DNA from: Clostridia bacterium
Lineage (GTDB): Bacteria > Bacillota > Clostridia > Oscillospirales > CAG-272
Assembly (NCBI GenBank): GCA_017463485.1
Contig: JAFTPD010000002.1
Span: forward strand, 321,870-385,869
Length of the DNA stretch: 64,000 nt
Direction: 5' to 3'
Part shown: piece after piece, positions 37,667-46,132 of the stretch
Layout of the letters: every line of letters starts with the position of its first letter
How positions within the stretch are numbered: the stretch's first letter is position 1
The notes under the pieces: generated by a model
Told to the model about the DNA's origin: nothing
Seen by the model: only the letters and a program-made list of their open reading frames with translations
The model's database searches: none
Program-made: the position numbers and the translations under genes

Positions 37667-39568
37667 ATGTATAAGCTTTCCGTACCAATATCACTCAAGT
37701 CGATAAACGACGATTCCATGAAAATTTTTCTGCGCGATTTCAAGGCTTGCGGAGTCAAACGGGTATTCATCTGCGGTCTCGGATACATATTTGACCCGAA
37801 CGACCATTGTTACACTCATGCCCACGTGCTTCAAAGCGCTATTAACACCTTCCGTGAAAACGGCTACGAGGTTGGCGTTTGGATAAGCGCATTCGGCCAC
37901 GGAGTTGCGCTCTCTCACATGGTAGAGGAATTCGACCTCAGCAGATACACCGATATCGAGGGTATCGGCGGCGACAAGCGCTCGCACGCCTTTTGCCCGC
38001 TGGACGAGAATTTCAGACATGATTACGCAGAAGGTGTCAAGCACATCGCACGTATGCATCCCGATATCATAATGCTGGATGACGATTTCCGCCTTAATAC
38101 GCGCGGATATTATTTCGGTTGCTTCTGCAAAAAGCACGTTGCGGAGTACTACAAGCGTCTGGGAGAGGAAGTCCCCCGCTCCGAGCTTGAGCGACTGATG
38201 TTCACGGGCGGTAAAAACAAGTACCGCTCCGAGTGGATGAGGCTCTCGTCCGACACCCTGCTTGATTTCGCGAAAATGCTTCGCGCAGAGGTGGACAAAA
38301 TCTATCCCGACATCCGCCTCGGTGCATGTACCACGGGAGAAAACTGGGACTTTGCGGCAAACGCTATTGAGGTGGCAAAAGCCTTTGCAGGCAATAGTAC
38401 CTTGCCCTTTACCCGAACTGCGGGCGCACCTTATTGGAGTCCTATGGTATCCGACGCCATTGAGGACACCAGAATGCAGGTTGAGTGGTGTAGCGGCACG
38501 GGTGTCGAGGTATTTGCTGAAGGCGACACCTATCCCCGTCCCCGATATATTGTCCCCGGACGACGCCTTGAGGCGTTTGATCTTGCTCTTATCGCTGACG
38601 GAACTGCCGACGGCGACTTGAAGTATATGTACGAGTACATAAACAAGCCCGAAAACGAGCGCGGCTACGTACAGCGCCACATCAAAAATGAAAAGCTCCG
38701 CGAGGAGGTAAGTGCGCTGTTTGACGGAAAAAGCGCGGTCGGCGTGCGCTCGCTGAACATAATGCGCCGCATTGAAAATATGATCATGCCCGACACCATA
38801 GAAATAGTTCAGCCCGCAACCAAGCTTGCACAGTACGTACGGAGCGCAAGCCGCCTGCTCCTGTCCCGCAACGGTATTCCCACGAGCTACACAAGCGGCG
38901 GATATTACCCCATATTCCTATACGGCGAGAACGCAAGATACGTTACCGCTGATGACCTTAAAAACGGCGCGATACTCGATATTCCCGCCGCCAAAGCACT
39001 CGCGGATATGGGAATTGACACGGGACTTATTTCAGAGGAAGCAGCTAACTTTACGGGCGAGCGTTTCCCCGATGCCGACGACTCGGTAATGGGCTTGGGG
39101 GGTATTGCTCTCAAGCGTATCGCTTGCTCGGACAAGGCAAAGGTACTCAGCACCTTTGTTCCCGACGGCACGCCATCTGCGTACACTTATGAGAACAAAA
39201 ACGGTCAGCGCTTCCTCGTTATCGCTCACGACGGATATCGCTCATGTCTCAGCGGCTCGGCGAATTTCTACAACAGCTACTACCGTCAGGAGCAGCTCAT
39301 ATTAGCTATTGAATGGCTGGGCGGTAAAAAGCTCCCTGCAGTATGCCCGAAGGCTCCCTATCTCTATCTTCTAACCTCAGTTGGCGGCGGCGCTATGTCT
39401 GTGGCTCTCGTCAACAGCTATGAGGACGACGTGATCGACCCCGTGGTACAGCTTGACCGCGAATACAGCGAGATCAAGTTCGTAGGCTGCGACGGACGGC
39501 TCGAGGGCGACAAAGTCTACCTTTCCGATATATCACCCTACGGCTTTGCGGCGTTTGAGGTAAAGTGA
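37667..39568 (+). CDS. Hypothetical 633-aa cytoplasmic protein, possibly a TIM-barrel glycosyl-hydrolase-like enzyme
   Basis: The ATG at 37667 lies 8 nt after an AAGGAGGA. The ORF-track start at 37496 overlaps the araC gene. The segment AFCPLDENFRHDYAEGVKHIARMHPDIIMLDDDFR resembles GHL-type barrels. The family is not identified. Confidence 0.45.
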   Translation: MYKLSVPISLKSINDDSMKIFLRDFKACGVKRVFICGLGYIFDPNDHCYTHAHVLQSAINTFRENGYEVGVWISAFGHGVALSHMVEEFDLSRYTDIEGIGGDKRSHAFCPLDENFRHDYAEGVKHIARMHPDIIMLDDDFRLNTRGYYFGCFCKKHVAEYYKRLGEEVPRSELERLMFTGGKNKYRSEWMRLSSDTLLDFAKMLRAEVDKIYPDIRLGACTTGENWDFAANAIEVAKAFAGNSTLPFTRTAGAPYWSPMVSDAIEDTRMQVEWCSGTGVEVFAEGDTYPRPRYIVPGRRLEAFDLALIADGTADGDLKYMYEYINKPENERGYVQRHIKNEKLREEVSALFDGKSAVGVRSLNIMRRIENMIMPDTIEIVQPATKLAQYVRSASRLLLSRNGIPTSYTSGGYYPIFLYGENARYVTADDLKNGAILDIPAAKALADMGIDTGLISEEAANFTGERFPDADDSVMGLGGIALKRIACSDKAKVLSTFVPDGTPSAYTYENKNGQRFLVIAHDGYRSCLSGSANFYNSYYRQEQLILAIEWLGGKKLPAVCPKAPYLYLLTSVGGGAMSVALVNSYEDDVIDPVVQLDREYSEIKFVGCDGRLEGDKVYLSDISPYGFAAFEVK

Positions 39569-39593
39569 TAGGAGTGGCAAAAAGGTAACATCT

Positions 39594-40448
39594 ATGAATG
39601 CATTTCTTCTTATTTCAACCATCACGACACTGACCTTGCAAAACGTGATAATGAAGGCGTACAGCAAGCGCGGACGAGGCGGATCGTTCAGCTTTGCAAG
39701 CATTGGCGCACTTGCGGCGCTGATAGTGTTTATTATCGCGTCGGGAGGCAAGCTGAATTTCAACGCCGCTATAATTCCCCATTCCATTGCCTTTGCGGTG
39801 TCCTACTGCACAGCTCTTGTCGGCACCTTCCTCGCCGTGCGCGAGGGTCCGCTCTCCCTTACCAGCCTTATTACGTCTTATTCGCTGATCGTGCCAACTC
39901 TTTACGGACTTATATTCGGCGGCGAGGATATCAGCGTTCTGCTTATAATCGGTCTTGCGCTTTTGCTTATCTCGCTTGTATTTATCAATCTCAAAAGCAA
40001 AAATGACGAGAAAAAGATAAGCGCAAAATGGGTATTTTACGTTCTTCTCGCATTCGTGGGCAACGGTATGTGCTCTACCGTCCAAAGAATTCAGCAGGAA
40101 AATGGCTGCGCGGTTTACAAAAACGAATTTATGATAATCGCCCTGCTTATTTCCGCCGTTGCGATATTTATCTGCGCGCTTCTGACCGAAAGGAAAAGCA
40201 CCTTTGCTAACTTAAAGGATGCCGCGCCCTACGCAGCCTCCCGCGGAATTGCCAACGGACTTACCAATCTTTTCGTGCTTTTACTTACGCCGCGTATGCC
40301 CGCGTCGGTCATGTTCCCCCTGATCTCCGCAGGCGGAATAGTTGCCACGGTGCTGATCTCAATTTTCGTTTACAAGGAAAAGCTGTCCTTGCAGGAAAAG
40401 ATAGGCGTTATTATCGGTATCGCCGCGATAGTAGTTCTGAATATATAA
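39594..40448 (+). CDS. DMT-superfamily (EamA-like) 10-TM transporter
   Basis: The 284-aa product has two similar five-helix halves and follows the preceding gene by 25 nt. Confidence 0.6.
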   Translation: MNAFLLISTITTLTLQNVIMKAYSKRGRGGSFSFASIGALAALIVFIIASGGKLNFNAAIIPHSIAFAVSYCTALVGTFLAVREGPLSLTSLITSYSLIVPTLYGLIFGGEDISVLLIIGLALLLISLVFINLKSKNDEKKISAKWVFYVLLAFVGNGMCSTVQRIQQENGCAVYKNEFMIIALLISAVAIFICALLTERKSTFANLKDAAPYAASRGIANGLTNLFVLLLTPRMPASVMFPLISAGGIVATVLISIFVYKEKLSLQEKIGVIIGIAAIVVLNI

Positions 40449-40449
40449 C

Positions 40450-40492
40450 AAAAGCCACGCCGCGCTGAAATCAGCGCGGCGCGGCTTTTGCG
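40450..40492. repeat. Hairpin terminator and left copy of the island-bounding inverted repeat
   Basis: The 25-nt core CGCCGCGCTGAAATCAGCGCGGCGC lies at 40458-40482 and the tail CTTTTGCG at 40485-40492. The reverse complement recurs at 46085-46118. Confidence 0.8.
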
Positions 40493-40496
40493 TTAT

Positions 40497-40967
40497 TCAA
40501 TCAATTTTATGTTTTTCCTTTCTGTCAGCCAAGTTCTTTCCAAGTCTATACAGTAACCAAGATATAATCGGGCTTGCAAAGACAAGTACCTCTACGATTT
40601 TAAAATCTAACATAGCAACCGGTGCAAAAATGGGAATATAGATTTCAAAAAGCCTTGATGCATAAGCTATAATAACTAATGCAGAAATGGAAATCGATAT
40701 CCAAACACAGAGCTTGGCTCCGCCGCACAGCTTACGTTCCGATAAATAATTTATCTGAAACAGAAACAAAAGCTGTGACAGAAAACACGGAATGCACATA
40801 AGTAAAAAGAACCCAAAAATAAATTCATTACCGAATATATCATCCCGGACCGGAGAAAGTATTATTTCCTTGTAGCCATCTACAACAAGATATATATCTA
40901 CGCCTATAAACAAAGCGGCGGATATTAAAACAGGTAGTTTTTTTCTGATAGTATGCATTATATTCAT
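40497..40967 (-). CDS. Hypothetical 156-aa polytopic membrane protein (4-5 TM), low-GC island gene 3
   Basis: The ORF is AT-rich and follows a GGGGGA RBS. Hydrophobic segments include LPVLISAALFIGVDIYLVV, FIFGFFLLMCIPCFLSQLLFLF and VWISISISALVIIAYA. Confidence 0.6.
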   Translation of the reverse strand: MNIMHTIRKKLPVLISAALFIGVDIYLVVDGYKEIILSPVRDDIFGNEFIFGFFLLMCIPCFLSQLLFLFQINYLSERKLCGGAKLCVWISISISALVIIAYASRLFEIYIPIFAPVAMLDFKIVEVLVFASPIISWLLYRLGKNLADRKEKHKID

Positions 40968-41011
40968 ACATAATCCCCCATAATTGCAAGTAGATTATTA
41001 CGAGCGGTACT

Positions 41012-41791
41012 TTATGGATAAGTCGGTTCGTCCAGACCGTATTCGTCGCAGATATCGTCAATCATTACAGTCAGGCCGAGAGTACAAGGAATATACCACA
41101 CATCTTCCTCCCCTATAGCATCATTTTTGATACGTATGTAGTACTTACCATCACAAACATATATGTTTGCTTCCCAATAGATCTCCTCGTATTCTTTAAA
41201 TGAAAAGCGTAGCATCAGGTACTCATGTTCATCATTCAGTATGGGAGTGGGCGACGAAACACCATCACGCAAATCCTTATACGTCAGATAATTTGCCTCC
41301 GCGTTTTCGATAGTTTTTGCTATCTCCTTGGCCAGCGGCTCAGGGATTTCCGTGAGTACTTGTTTTTCGGTTTTTTCACGATATAAGCACCAATCGTCGC
41401 CAGACGGATATCCGTCACTCAAAAACAGTTTAGCAGAAGATAAATCAAATGTCAGTTTTCCTTCAAAATCAACATGCTTTTTCACTGTAGGACCTACTGC
41501 AGGACCTATTCCGGTGCCGGTAACAACGCAAGCAACAAACTCATCTGTGGATACACCGTTAATCTTGTAATATCTCCTCCTCGGCACTCCGCACGCGCCA
41601 ATCATTTTAGATTCACACTCTTCCCAAACTATGTTATAGTCCAAAGAAATATAATTCTTTTCTTCAATATCATTTCCGGGGAATATTAGCGCAAAAAGCT
41701 GTACAAAAGGAATGGCTACTAAAATTAAAATCAATACTACCACCACAATGACTGAAATAATACAGCCATGTAGGACATCTAATTTTTTCAT
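41012..41791 (-). CDS. Hypothetical 259-aa membrane-anchored protein, low-GC island gene 2
   Basis: The N-terminus is MKK followed by a hydrophobic stretch of about 30 aa, then a soluble domain of about 220 aa. The ATG lies 6 nt after the upstream stop, and its GGAGGG RBS is inside the last codons of the upstream gene. Confidence 0.65.
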   Translation of the reverse strand: MKKLDVLHGCIISVIVVVVLILILVAIPFVQLFALIFPGNDIEEKNYISLDYNIVWEECESKMIGACGVPRRRYYKINGVSTDEFVACVVTGTGIGPAVGPTVKKHVDFEGKLTFDLSSAKLFLSDGYPSGDDWCLYREKTEKQVLTEIPEPLAKEIAKTIENAEANYLTYKDLRDGVSSPTPILNDEHEYLMLRFSFKEYEEIYWEANIYVCDGKYYIRIKNDAIGEEDVWYIPCTLGLTVMIDDICDEYGLDEPTYP

Positions 41792-41797
41792 GCTATT

Positions 41798-44700
41798 TTA
41801 TCCCTCCAGATATGAAATCCAATCATTTAATGCTCCATTCCTTATGGTATACATATGATTATATTTCCCTGTATAGACTTTGATATTATCCCCGCTTCTT
41901 CCCAATGTTGCACTCCAGCTTGGTACTAAACCATCGCCTATCGTATCTTCATAATTAATTTCTATTCCTCGCGAATACAAGTCCTGAGAAATTATCTCAA
42001 AATATCTTAGTTGAACAGTAGTTGCTACACCAGAAACACATATGTACTTGCTATTGGCACTATATGTAATATGTTTATTGTTTAACATACAACTATCATG
42101 AAAAGCTTCCGCTTCCGTCATTAATGTAGAATTAAAATGTGGCAAATAGCCAGATATCAATCTCATTGACGTTGCATAATCATCACATGGTGTTTCGGTG
42201 GTTTCCCCAACGAATGGAAGTATAGTGGATACATAATGAGTGAGATACGGCATTGAATTTGCAGACAAATAATATTCCGATGGGAACAACTCATATATAC
42301 TTGGATAATTGCTAAATAGTTTTTGTAATGGATCCGATGTTAGTGTCGAAACTGTAAGAACAGCATTTACAATATTAAGTGCATTTTCATAATCTCCACC
42401 CGCCAACGCAGATATATCTACATTAGCCCACACATTAATTACTTCAGGAGTGCCTAATAAAGGTGATGAAAGCATATAAACCTCTTCAACTTTATTTCGT
42501 TGTTCCTCACCTATTGCCATATAACCAGAAGAAACCAATCCTCCCATGCTGTGGGAAATGAGAATCACCTTGTCGTATCCACACTCATCAATAAACGCAT
42601 CCAATTTTTCAGCAGAGACAGTATTAGATAGACGCCAATCGTAAGAGAAAAACTCAATAGCATATTTTGATGTAATATCGGGATCGGAATACAATTCATT
42701 TATCAACTCATAATAAGAGTTCAACAAACCTGCATGCGGGGTGTAATATCGGCTATCATATGATGAAGGCAAGGTGTATATGGGGTTACTATGATCTGTA
42801 TCGTTATCAGCATATGTGGGTTGCACATAAACATATTTTTTTGTATAAACATCATATTTGGATAAACCATTATCATTGCAAGATAGTGTATCGTAAAACA
42901 TATTTGCAAATGTAACTGTTGGAATACCTGTCACAGGCAAACTCAAAACATATGCAGCGATCAAATTTGAAATATCATCACTGTCTAACGACTGAGATAT
43001 CATGGAAAGCGTATTAACCATATCTTGATTAATAATAGGGGCATGTTCTTTAAAATAGGGATTATTTTCTCCAACAAATAATTCACTTGCGAAAATCCCT
43101 GGTACAATAATTATAGCTTGTTTATTTACCTTAATGTTGAACGTCCTTGTCAATCCCGTAGTCTTATGCGTAGCCAAAACGGCTGCAGTGCCCGGGGCTA
43201 CTCCCGTGAATCTATGAGTACTTGCATCGTATGTTACGTACTGGCTACCCGAAGTTATAGTATAGTCAAAATCGCTATAGGCTATCCAAAAGCCATTCAG
43301 AGGGGCGTTAATTGAGGCGGTAACCGTATCGTCGATATCTATTGCAAGATCATAAAAGCCGAGGGTTGAACTGGGCTCACAATAAATATCTTCTAAAACA
43401 ATACGCCAAGCTTGTTTTGAGTAGCCATCCGTATCTACGGCATACAATGCCTTGGTGGAGATAGACGATGGGTTGGTTGCCTGATCGGAGGCATATAAAT
43501 ATTTACCGTTGGATTTGTTTTGTATCAGAACTCCCCCGCCTGACACAGCAGTACTTATTGCCCATTTATATATGTCGGGTATAGTTTCCGAGGAATCATT
43601 ATATACTCTTACACCGCTTGAACTTTCGGTACTTGCAGAAAGATAGTATCCCGGAACGTCCGCACGTTGAATCGTACAATATCCATCGCCCAAATTAACT
43701 ATTTTCCACTTTACAGTATCGTCACCTATAGTTGATAACAACCCTCTTTGGCAATTTGCATAGGAATTTGACCAATGGAGATACTTTCCGATAGATCTAT
43801 TGGTTAGATAATAACAGCCTGTTTCGATAGCCGACCGATACTCGGACATATATACTTCTTCATCATTATCGTCAAAAATGTACCACATTTGATAGTAATT
43901 AGACGTATCAAGTGTTTGAACGAATATGTTGCCGGGAGAATCGGCGGTAGTTCCTGTGTTCGTACCGTTAGACGATTCATTTGCGGTCAATGCCAGCGCC
44001 ATATTTGAACGAGGAACGACCCTAAACACATACCTGTTTACCGGAACTACAAACCATTCTTGGGATATCGGATCGGTGGCTGAATATATTTGAACGTTCC
44101 TACCGCTGTATATTTCCCCACCTGATCGTTGTATACTAAGAACTTTGTCGGTTCCGGATGACGAGCTCATGGAACGGAAAAGATATGCGCCCGTTGACGC
44201 AACGTATTCCAGCTTAAACTTTTGTTCGGTGGTTGCAATTTCACTACTGTTTTCGACTTGATATACGTTTGAGTTATTAGCCGGTTCTGCACCGTTAACA
44301 GTCATATATGAACGGCTACCGCCATTTTGGAAAGAATATACCCCTCCATCCAACATCCCTGCGGGAAGTGTGTATCCGTATCTTACTTTTAGTGCAGGGC
44401 GCAGCTCCGGAGTCGTACATTCAGAACTGTAAAACGGTCGTATGAACGTATCGTCATCATCATCTTCCAGTCCTATAATAAAATCGCCCTCATAGCTATC
44501 ATTGTACCTTATTTCGTATTCCTCATCAGAATACATGCTATATATATGTGGTGTGAAATCAAATGTCACTTGTGTGACATTTGAAGCTACGGTACAATAT
44601 GTTACAAACTTATATCCATTAGTTGCCATTTGATAATCATAGCTTTCGAAATCAGAATATCCAACAAAATATCCTGCTTTCATACCGATATCCTTCGAAG

Positions 44701-45937
44701 GTCCGGATTGCAGATTTAATACCAGTTCTGCGCCGATTATAGGCATTGATTGATCTATTACGGGCAATTTTTTAATTCGTATAACTGCTTTTCGACGATC
44801 GCCATTATTCTTGTGGGTAAAATACATATACTGCGAAGCAGAATGATCTGTTGTGGAGTTTTCTTGCACATAGGTATCTTCAATATTTGCAACATAATCT
44901 CCCGTAGTAATAGACGGGTCGAGTAATATTGGAAAGACACGTTCAGACGAACCAAACCATTCAGAATCTGGAGTATATATGATTGTGCAAATATCGCCGT
45001 CTTTTTTTGCCGTTACACTAACGTCGTAGCAGATCTCAAATTCCGCATCCATCATATACGGTATACCAATGCGAAATTGCATAACTCCGTCGCCATCTAC
45101 AAGGTCGACGCTTCCGTTTTCATTTACAACAGGCGAAAGCGTACCGATATTCATATTCATGGATACCGATTGAATATCGCTTCTTTCGGAAATGATAATG
45201 TCTTCTTCAATCTTGTTGTGATATACGGTATACTTCAAAGAAACGTTTTGCTCATTAGTAAAAGCATTGTTATAGTGAATTTGCGATGAAACGTTAGGCA
45301 AATAATACGAATCATCATCAGTCACCAAACGGTCAGAGGGGGTGCTATACTCTATTTTCGTGCTGTTTATCGGCTGAGCCTTGACATCAGCCGACGGAGA
45401 TACTGTCAGATTTGCGGTGCCACCGTTAATTTGTTCTATTTGCGCATAGGAGGCTACTGCTGTTTCGATATTAGCATTTTTTGACGTTTGAATTCCCCAT
45501 GATAAAGTATATCCGTTACGCTCTATCCGTGCAATATTTGTTGAAGAAGCACTTTCGGAAAAAGAAACTTCAAAATCAGAATTCCCGCTTTTATACGTTT
45601 TTGTCGCTGAATCGTAAGTCAGCGATTGGTCGACGTCTTGCCAAGAATTGTTCGCGTCGAGATAGTGAACCGCCTCGGGATACGTCACCGAAACATACGT
45701 GCCGTCCGAGCAAAGATAATGCTTCTCAAACTGTCCGCGCTTGGAAACGTCTTCTTCAACAATGAAAACGTCTTGTTTGACTGAATCGCCGCCGTTTGAA
45801 ACTACTTGTTCCGGCAGTTCCGACGTGTCGGCGTTTTCATTGTCTAAGACAATAGCCTGTGCAGGCAACGTGACGAATATCATCACCAAAGACATCAACA
45901 GGGCGATAATTTTCACTTTGAAATTAACTTTTTTCAT
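41798..45937 (-). CDS. 1,379-aa secreted multidomain protein: signal peptide, beta-sandwich region, 2 x ricin-type beta-trefoil, Ig-like module, C-terminal LCAT-type alpha/beta-hydrolase (lipase/acyltransferase)
   Basis: The ATG at 45937 follows an AAAGGAG, and the signal sequence is MKKVNFKVKIIALLMSLVMIFVTLPAQA. Six QxW-type subrepeats are present (QKF, QEW, QMW, VKW, YKW, QAW). The YDWR motif lies at 42632-42643 and ISHSMGG at about 42539-42556. Confidence 0.8.
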   Translation of the reverse strand: MKKVNFKVKIIALLMSLVMIFVTLPAQAIVLDNENADTSELPEQVVSNGGDSVKQDVFIVEEDVSKRGQFEKHYLCSDGTYVSVTYPEAVHYLDANNSWQDVDQSLTYDSATKTYKSGNSDFEVSFSESASSTNIARIERNGYTLSWGIQTSKNANIETAVASYAQIEQINGGTANLTVSPSADVKAQPINSTKIEYSTPSDRLVTDDDSYYLPNVSSQIHYNNAFTNEQNVSLKYTVYHNKIEEDIIISERSDIQSVSMNMNIGTLSPVVNENGSVDLVDGDGVMQFRIGIPYMMDAEFEICYDVSVTAKKDGDICTIIYTPDSEWFGSSERVFPILLDPSITTGDYVANIEDTYVQENSTTDHSASQYMYFTHKNNGDRRKAVIRIKKLPVIDQSMPIIGAELVLNLQSGPSKDIGMKAGYFVGYSDFESYDYQMATNGYKFVTYCTVASNVTQVTFDFTPHIYSMYSDEEYEIRYNDSYEGDFIIGLEDDDDDTFIRPFYSSECTTPELRPALKVRYGYTLPAGMLDGGVYSFQNGGSRSYMTVNGAEPANNSNVYQVENSSEIATTEQKFKLEYVASTGAYLFRSMSSSSGTDKVLSIQRSGGEIYSGRNVQIYSATDPISQEWFVVPVNRYVFRVVPRSNMALALTANESSNGTNTGTTADSPGNIFVQTLDTSNYYQMWYIFDDNDEEVYMSEYRSAIETGCYYLTNRSIGKYLHWSNSYANCQRGLLSTIGDDTVKWKIVNLGDGYCTIQRADVPGYYLSASTESSSGVRVYNDSSETIPDIYKWAISTAVSGGGVLIQNKSNGKYLYASDQATNPSSISTKALYAVDTDGYSKQAWRIVLEDIYCEPSSTLGFYDLAIDIDDTVTASINAPLNGFWIAYSDFDYTITSGSQYVTYDASTHRFTGVAPGTAAVLATHKTTGLTRTFNIKVNKQAIIIVPGIFASELFVGENNPYFKEHAPIINQDMVNTLSMISQSLDSDDISNLIAAYVLSLPVTGIPTVTFANMFYDTLSCNDNGLSKYDVYTKKYVYVQPTYADNDTDHSNPIYTLPSSYDSRYYTPHAGLLNSYYELINELYSDPDITSKYAIEFFSYDWRLSNTVSAEKLDAFIDECGYDKVILISHSMGGLVSSGYMAIGEEQRNKVEEVYMLSSPLLGTPEVINVWANVDISALAGGDYENALNIVNAVLTVSTLTSDPLQKLFSNYPSIYELFPSEYYLSANSMPYLTHYVSTILPFVGETTETPCDDYATSMRLISGYLPHFNSTLMTEAEAFHDSCMLNNKHITYSANSKYICVSGVATTVQLRYFEIISQDLYSRGIEINYEDTIGDGLVPSWSATLGRSGDNIKVYTGKYNHMYTIRNGALNDWISYLEG

Positions 45938-46026
45938 TTCGTACTCCTTTCTGTTTTTTGTCAATATTCTCCACATTACGGCAATACGTTGCAATAATCT
46001 TGCCTCGCATATCGTAGTGCAACCTG

Positions 46027-46055
46027 ATTATACCATAAATTACCACAAAAGTCAA
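46027..46055 (-). promoter_or_regulatory. Consensus sigma-A-type promoter of the island operon
   Basis: The minus strand reads TTGACT, 17 nt, TATAAT, with a TGg extended -10, about 85 nt upstream of the ATG at 45937. Confidence 0.7.
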
Positions 46056-46084
46056 TACCTTAACGAGATATTTTGTGCAAAAAG

Positions 46085-46125
46085 CGCAAAAGTGCGCCGC
46101 GCTGATTTCAGCGCGGCGCACCATT
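46085..46125. repeat. Hairpin terminator after cvpA and right (inverted) copy of the island-bounding repeat
   Basis: The tail CGCAAAAG lies at 46085-46092 and GCGCCGCGCTGATTTCAGCGCGGCG at 46094-46118. This is the exact reverse complement of the 40458-40482 core. The stem has 14 bp. Confidence 0.8.
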
Positions 46126-46132
46126 TATTATT

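Noticed and set aside
37691-38680. Antisense ORFs inside real genes: 37691-38680 (minus), 50820-51824 (minus), 59711-60772 (minus) and 49710-50705 (minus).
   Set aside because: Each is fully nested opposite a gene with clear family motifs (the 633-aa protein, lacZ, apgM). None has start-site signals.
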